A stretch of 43,232 bases of DNA from Octopus sinensis. Taxonomy: Eukaryota. The DNA lies in NCBI RefSeq assembly GCF_006345805.1, contig NW_021832636.1, forward strand, positions 1 to 43,232, written 5' to 3'. The notes below the pieces were generated by a model. That model did no database searches and was not told the origin of the DNA. It saw nothing but the letters and a program-made list of their open reading frames with translations. A program made the translations under genes and the position numbers. Shown piece by piece: positions 36,799 to 43,232 of this stretch (the stretch's first letter is position 1; every line of letters begins with the position of its first letter).

Positions 36799-37440
36799 AT
36801 ATACACACTCACACTCATACACATATTTATATACAGATACATGTAAGTATGTATGTATTTGTGTCTTTGCCCTCACCACCATTTACTGACCAGTGTTGTT
36901 TTGCTTGCATTTTCGTAACGTAGCTATTCAGCAATAGGGCCCTATAGAATAAGTGCTAAGACCGATTTTTCCTTCTCACGAAACCCATCAAGATGCTACC
37001 CCAGCATGGCCGCAGTCAAACGACAAAAACAAACAAATAAAAAAATAAAATGAAGCTGTACAAATCCATCTTCAACATCATTAACTGACAAAAACATATT
37101 TATTTTTTTTTTAGCTTAAAGCCGTCGTCGTTGCAGAATCTGTATTTCGGAGGCTTCACGTAGAACATGTTCATACACATTTTGCTTTAAACAAAAGAAT
37201 TAGTCCAACAAATTACTTTCAGAAAATAACACAAAGCAAAAGAAATGGGAATAATGGTAGGATTTTTCCGAAATCTATAATTATATTTTTCAGGGCATTC
37301 ATATAACAGTAATTGTTTTATCTTGCGAAAATGTCTGCCATTCGTGTGATGAGTTTTGTCGGGGGAAAAAAGCGAAGCATATTGGTACTTTAAATTATAA
37401 TTTGAATATACAAAACATATCATCTGAAAATATAAGCATA

Positions 37441-38248
37441 TTAACCCTTTAAATTAGAGATTATTCTGTCAGATGTAATATTTATACAAAATAATATATT
37501 CACAGTTATTCATTCACATTTATTCTCATTTTTTATTTAATATATATTATTTAATATTATTTAATATGTATTTAATATATAATTTTGTATTTAATTATCT
37601 AATTAAACATTTGATTATTTAATTATATATTTAATATTTACTCTTTTACATGTTTCAGTGATTTGACTGCGGCCATGCTGGAGGTGCACCGCCTTTAGTC
37701 GAGCAAATCGTCTCCAGGACTTATTCTTTGTAAGCCCTGTACTTATTCTGTCGGTCTTTTGCCGAACTGTTAAGTTACAAGGACGTAAACACACCAGCAT
37801 CGGTTGTCAAGTGATGTTGGGTGGGGGGACAAACACAGACACACAAACACACAGACATATATATACATATACATATATACGACGGGCTTCTTTCTATTTC
37901 CGTCTACCAAATCCACTCACATGGCTTTGGTCGGCCCGAGGCTACAGTAGAAGACCCTTGTCGAAGGTGCCACGCAGTGGGACTGAACCCGGAACCATGT
38001 GGTTGGTAAGCAAGTGACTTACTACACAGCTACTCCTGCACCTTTTATTATTAAAAAATATTTATTTAAAAGCTATTCACATTTTAAAAGAAAATTAATC
38101 ATGCTTTTATATCATAGCTTTTATGATATGTTTGTATATTTTTAGAATGACTTTGTAGAGAATGTGTGAGAAGCTGGGACTGTCCAGTTTGGGCATAAAA
38201 TAAGTAGAATGGGACATCATCGGGCCTGATATGGCCGGTTTAAAAGCA
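37441..38248 (+). mobile_element. Possible decayed piggyBac-type MITE interrupted by a SINE
   Basis: Left end TTAA-CCCTTT; TATTCACATT resumes after the SINE; right GGG-TTAA end missing. Confidence 0.35.
37639..38043 (-). mobile_element. SINE family A
   Basis: Reverse complement of the 31420 copy. Confidence 0.9.
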
Positions 38249-38338
38249 GTACTTGTATTGTTTTAGTTTCGGATGCATTTCGTCGCTTGCATATATACAT
38301 GAAGCACTGCTTTTTTGGTCTTTTCCTTTTAAGATACT

Positions 38339-38545
38339 TATTTCTTTACTACCCACAAGGGGCTAAACATAGAGGGGACAAACAAGGACAGACAAAGGGA
38401 TTAAGTCGATTACGTCGACCCCAGTGCGTAAGTGGTACTTAATTTATCGACCCCGAAAGGATGAAAGCAAAGTCGACCTCGGCGGAACTTGAACTCAGAA
38501 CGTAACGGAAAACGAAATACGTCTACGCATTTCGCCCGGCGTGCT
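38339..38545 (-). mobile_element. SINE family C, 5'-truncated
   Basis: Reverse complement of the 9917 copy. Confidence 0.9.
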
Positions 38546-39079
38546 GAGCGATCAATATCGACACCTGGGGACCAGGTGGGGAGGTCTGTGATCGTTGTTG
38601 TTTTGGCATAACGATGCTTCGGGAAACAACGGTTTGTCTATCACTCGTGCGAAATTAAACTTAAATGTATAAATGACGAGATTAATGAAATCGTGTTTAT
38701 GAAAAATAACAATACATTTAAAACTCGTAAACACGAATGCACACGCACGCACGCGCTCAGACACGCATACGATCGCACGCGTGAACACGCACGCATGCAA
38801 TTAAGTGTACGCATACCCAAACAAAATCATACAAACACACACGCATACCCAAACACAATCGACGCAGAGTTTCTGAGATAAGTATGCAGTATGGAGGCGT
38901 TTCAGCTCATGCGCACGAAAGGTTATATCTATAGTTATTACATCCAAGATAGATATATACATACATAAATACATACATATATATATATTATATATGTATG
39001 CATGTATGCATGTATGTATGTATGTATATATATATATATATGTAATATTATATATATATATATATATAATATATATTTA

Positions 39080-39134
<55 letters not shown>

Positions 39135-39259
39135 ATATATATATATAATATATATATACATATATTTATACAAATATATATATGTTATGTATATACATAT
39201 GTACAAATATGCATATATATGTGTGGGGGTTTCTATAAATTATATATATATTATATATA

Positions 39260-39301
<42 letters not shown>

Positions 39302-39313
39302 TATGCAGCATAT

Positions 39314-39374
<61 letters not shown>

Positions 39375-39722
39375 CATACAGACAGACATACATACATACA
39401 TACCTACATACATATATATACATACATACATGCATACATACATACATACTTAAACACACACACGTACATAGATTTATTTATAAGAAGGTATACTTATGCT
39501 GCGCCAATGCAACATTTCCCCACTCGCTAACAACTATAATTGAAACAGCAAATGTTTTAGGTGTGTAACAAAGTATCGGCTGTTGCTTCTATGATCTTGC
39601 AACATGCCTCTGCTAATTACTTCGTAGCTTTGTAATTAGCTTTTCAATATTATTTACACGTATGAAAGATGGCAAAGGGTTAGGGGAAGAATCGATCTAA
39701 ATTTACACTGAATGTATATATA

Positions 39723-40284
39723 TTGTTCCCTTCAGACGAGTCTCCTGACACATGGGAAGGCATAGCTATTGATCGTAGCAGGTGGAGAAGGATTGTGCAT
39801 GAGGGGACAGCCACGTTCGAGAAGTCTCGAGTTGCACATGAGAAAGTAAGGAGGGATGTCAGGAAGGGCATCGCTGTTACACTTCCAGAAGGGAAGGGTC
39901 TTCCTTTGACTCTGACATGCAATGTCTGTGCAAGACCCTGCCTCAGTAAAGCTAGACTCAAGAGTCATCTTCATAGTCATAAAGTGAGACAGATGAGTGA
40001 CAACCTGGCCACTGGTGGTGGTGTAACACACCATACTAATCATATCTGTCGGCCATGTGGAAGAGAGTGTAATTCGGCAGGAGGACTTAAACGACATGCA
40101 AAGGTACATGAAGCCCAGTTACAACTACAGCCGGCTATTACCGGTAAAGGTTTTAGTTGCCAATTCTGTACAAGACATTGTAGATCTTTAGCTGGGCTAA
40201 AAAGTCCCATTCGATCACAGCACCAATAACAGTTAAGCTTCGTGCAATGGCCATACTCGATAACGAGGGGGCAGCCATAATAAT
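39723..40284 (+). mobile_element. RTE-clade LINE 3' end with three C2H2 zinc fingers and 3' UTR
   Basis: WEGIAIDRSRWRRIVHEG...FE..R motif, then CNVC-X12-HLHSH, CRPC-X12-HAKVH, CQFC-X12-PIRSQH; stop at 40229; ATAAT/(ATGT)n tail. Confidence 0.85.
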
Positions 40285-40336
40285 GTATGTATGTATGTAT
40301 GTATGTATGTATGTATGTATGGATGTATGTATGTAT

Positions 40337-40655
40337 GTCATCTTCGTAGTCATAAAACGAGACAGATGAGTGACAAACTGGCCACTGGTGGTGGTGTAAC
40401 ACACCATACTAATCATATCTGTCGGCCATGTGGAAGAGAGTGTAATTCGGCAGGAGGACTTAAACGACATGCAAAGGTACATGAAGCCCAGTTACAACTA
40501 CAGCCGGCTATTACCGGTAAGGTTTTAGTTGCCAATTCTGTACAAGATTGTAGATCTTTAGCTGGGCTAAAAAAGTCCATTCGAATCACAGCACCAATAA
40601 CAGTTAAGCTTCGTGCAATGGCCATACTCGATAACGAGGGGGCAGCCATAATAAT
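40337..40655 (+). mobile_element. Second, shorter copy of the same RTE 3' end
   Basis: Near-identical to 39964-40284 with a few substitutions and indels. Confidence 0.9.
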
Positions 40656-40946
40656 GTATGTATGTATGTATTTGTATGTATATATGTATGTATGTGTGTA
40701 TGTATGCAATCATGTATGTATGTATATGTGTGTGCCTTTGAGTTTCTGTTTAACACCCACTACCGCTTGACAATTGGCAAAGGTTTCTTTCTACGGTAAT
40801 CTAGCGGTTCGGCAAAAGGACGTAAATAAAATGAGTATCAGATTTAAAAGTCAGTACTGGAGTTGATTTGTTTGATAAAACATTCAAAGCAGTGCTACTG
40901 GTATGTGTATATATTATTGCTATTATCATTATCTTTATCATCATCG

Positions 40947-41021
<75 letters not shown>

Positions 41022-41023
<2 letters not shown>

Positions 41024-41345
41024 AGACGAGTTAGCAGAATCGACATTAGGCCAGGAAAAATGTTTAACGGTATTTCGTCTGTCTTCACGTTCTTAGTTAC
41101 AAAATACTCAGAGGTCGACTTTATTGCTGTTGTGATGATGCTGCTGTAGGTGGTAGTGGTTGTGATGGTGATGCTATTGTTGCGGCTGGTTCTGATGCTC
41201 TTGCGGCTGGTGCTGGAGCTGGGGCTGGGGCTGATGTTGGTGGTAATGGAGGTAATAGGGGCGATAAAATTAGTACCAGTTGAACAGTAAACGACAAGCA
41301 CCCTCCACCAAAATTTCAGGCCTTTTGACTATAATAGAAAGGATT
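41022..41345 (+). mobile_element. Old family C SINE split by a GGT/GCT microsatellite expansion
   Basis: GAGGTCGACTTT then, ~150 bp later, GGGGCGATAAAATTAGTACCAGTTGA. Confidence 0.65.
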
Positions 41346-41740
41346 ATTACTATTACTATTTAAAAGAATTTGATTCGTCCTCAGACTTCTTACAGAAACC
41401 TGGCTCGTCAGGCACAGTTAACCGAATGAAAGTGTTTTAAATATTAATATATTTAACACCTACAGCGGCGACCGGACAGAATCGTTACTGCGCCCGACAA
41501 AATGCTTAGGGAATTTCTTCCGAATATATAGTCTGACTTCACATGTTTCGGGGTCGACTTTTATTGTTTCGGGGTCGGTAAAATGAGTACCAGCTGAGTA
41601 CAGGGGACGGTCGATTTATTCGACTCAATCTTTCGCACGAAATTGCTGGTGTTGTGCATTAATTTGGAACCAATACCGCTAAACTTTTTGCCTGGCCTAC
41701 TATCGACTCTGCTAACTTGCCTAATAATAACAACAACAAC

Positions 41741-41788
<48 letters not shown>

Positions 41789-41821
41789 GACAATAATATT
41801 AATAATAATATTAATAATAAT

Positions 41822-41862
<41 letters not shown>

Positions 41863-41870
41863 TAATAAAA

Positions 41871-42081
41871 TATTCAGACAAATACGTAACAAAAACACCA
41901 GGACTTACAAACACATATAACATACAGAAAATTGCACTAGTAGGCACTGCACACATCCTACGCAGAACACTTTCCATACAATAACCATCAGAGCATCACA
42001 ACAAACCCCAGCACATAACCAAGGCACACAGAGCTGCGCTCGGTAGTGAAGTGGAAGCACGCTATAAAAATAAAACTACTG
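41871..42081 (+). mobile_element. R4/Dong-like retrotransposon extreme 3' end inside (TAA)n
   Basis: YNIQKIALVGTAHILRRTLSIQ* matches QK..LLGTA.ILRR.L; TAA repeats on both sides. Confidence 0.85.
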
Positions 42082-42109
42082 AATAATAATAATAATAATA
42101 ATATATTGT

Positions 42110-42430
42110 GATGGCGGTAGTGGTGGTGGTGGTGGTGCTGGTGCTGGTGGTGGTGGTAGTGGTGGTGCTGGTGGTGGTGGTGGTGGTGGGGTGCTGGTGC
42201 TGGTGGTGGGGTGGTGGGTGGTGGTGGGTGGTGGTGCTGGTGGTGCTGGTGCTGGTGGTGGTGCTGGTGCTGGTGCTGGTGGTAGTGGTGGTAGTGGTGG
42301 TGGTGGTGGTGGTGGTGGTGGTGGTGGTAGCGGTGGTGGTGGTGGTATGGTGGTGGTGGTGGTATGGTGGTGGTGGGTGGTGGTGGTGGTGTGGTATGGT
42401 GGTGGTGGTGGTGGTGGTGGTGGTGGTGAT
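42110..42430. repeat. (GGT)n/(GCT)n microsatellite
   Basis: Direct reading. Confidence 0.95.
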
Positions 42431-43232
42431 GATTGTTGTTTTGTTTTTTTTATTCTGCTTTTGTGCTGGTGCTGGTGCTGGTGCTGATGGTGGTGGTACT
42501 GCTGCTGCTGATGATGATGATGATGTTGGTGGTAATGGCGGCAGTAGGGTTCTTTGGTATAACGATAATGTCGATGTTCGTCATGTCTGCTGTTGTTGTT
42601 CTTGTTGTCGTTGCAATAATAACGGTGATATTGATGGTGATGATGATGCTGATGGCAACTATGATGGCGATGGCGACAGCAATATAGAACTTTTGGTGAT
42701 GATGCTGAATACAATATTGATTTTTGAGACAATGATTAAAATATCGTTTCGCTGGTTTGATAATTTTCTTGTTATTCTAATATATAGGTATATTTTCCAC
42801 CTCCTCCTTCAATGCATCCCTTCCTGCCTCTAATCCCCCTCATTATCATCTTCTTCATTCTCTTTTACTAATATCTGGTTTTCGAAAATTATTTTTATTT
42901 CATTTTGCCGATATTTCTGAATAGTGTATATAATTAAAATGGCGACTGTTTGTAATTTTTCCCAAGATACAACATTGATTGGAAGATAGTTTTAATAGAT
43001 ATAGACTTTAGATGTCTTCTCAGCAGATATAATAATGGTCTTTGTTCATTAGTTTGACAGTGTTTAAATATGGACGGACCGGTTAGATAGAAAATGTATT
43101 TGGAGGTAGATTCATAGATATACCAACTGTGCAGACGTTTACTCGATAGTTAAGTATACAGACATACAGACAGACAGATAATCTTACATATATGCACACA
43201 TACATACATACATACATACATACATAAATACA

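Noticed and set aside
38562-38578. CACCTGG-GGA-CCAGGTG palindrome of two E-boxes
   Set aside because: A 7-bp stem is expected by chance in 43 kb; no other support.
39723-40229. Host C2H2 zinc-finger gene exon
   Set aside because: RTE C-terminal motif upstream, short UTR with a microsatellite tail and no TGEKP linkers point to a LINE.
42076-42833. Pro/His-rich and Val-rich ORFs
   Set aside because: (GGT)n/(GAT)n repeats with no domain signal.

Overview
AT-rich animal non-coding DNA saturated with microsatellites. No host-gene exon could be supported, and almost all ORFs in the track are translations of simple repeats. The SINE families and repeat density resemble coleoid cephalopod (Octopus-like) genomes; this is an inference from recognition, not a search. 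The window is a layered set of mobile elements. It holds four tRNA-headed SINE types (one with a Nin/Deu-like core) that exchange heads and tails, four non-autonomous Helitrons including an exact head-to-tail dimer, and two copies of a GG-ended, 8-bp-TSD (Merlin-like) MITE carrying internal TTAGGG repeats. Also present are a dead Tc1-like transposase with DD36E spacing, mariner/pogo/piggyBac remnants, R4/Dong-like 3' ends in TAA tracts, two RTE 3' ends (one with three C2H2 fingers) and a decayed Penelope-like GIY-YIG. The strongest hidden signal is a set of minimal type I hammerhead-ribozyme motifs in microsatellite-embedded elements. One at 29466-29538 (-) has an intact core, and a decayed one lies downstream of a Pol III B-box. 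Several short local inverted duplications were also seen. Coordinates were counted by eye and may be off by a few bases.
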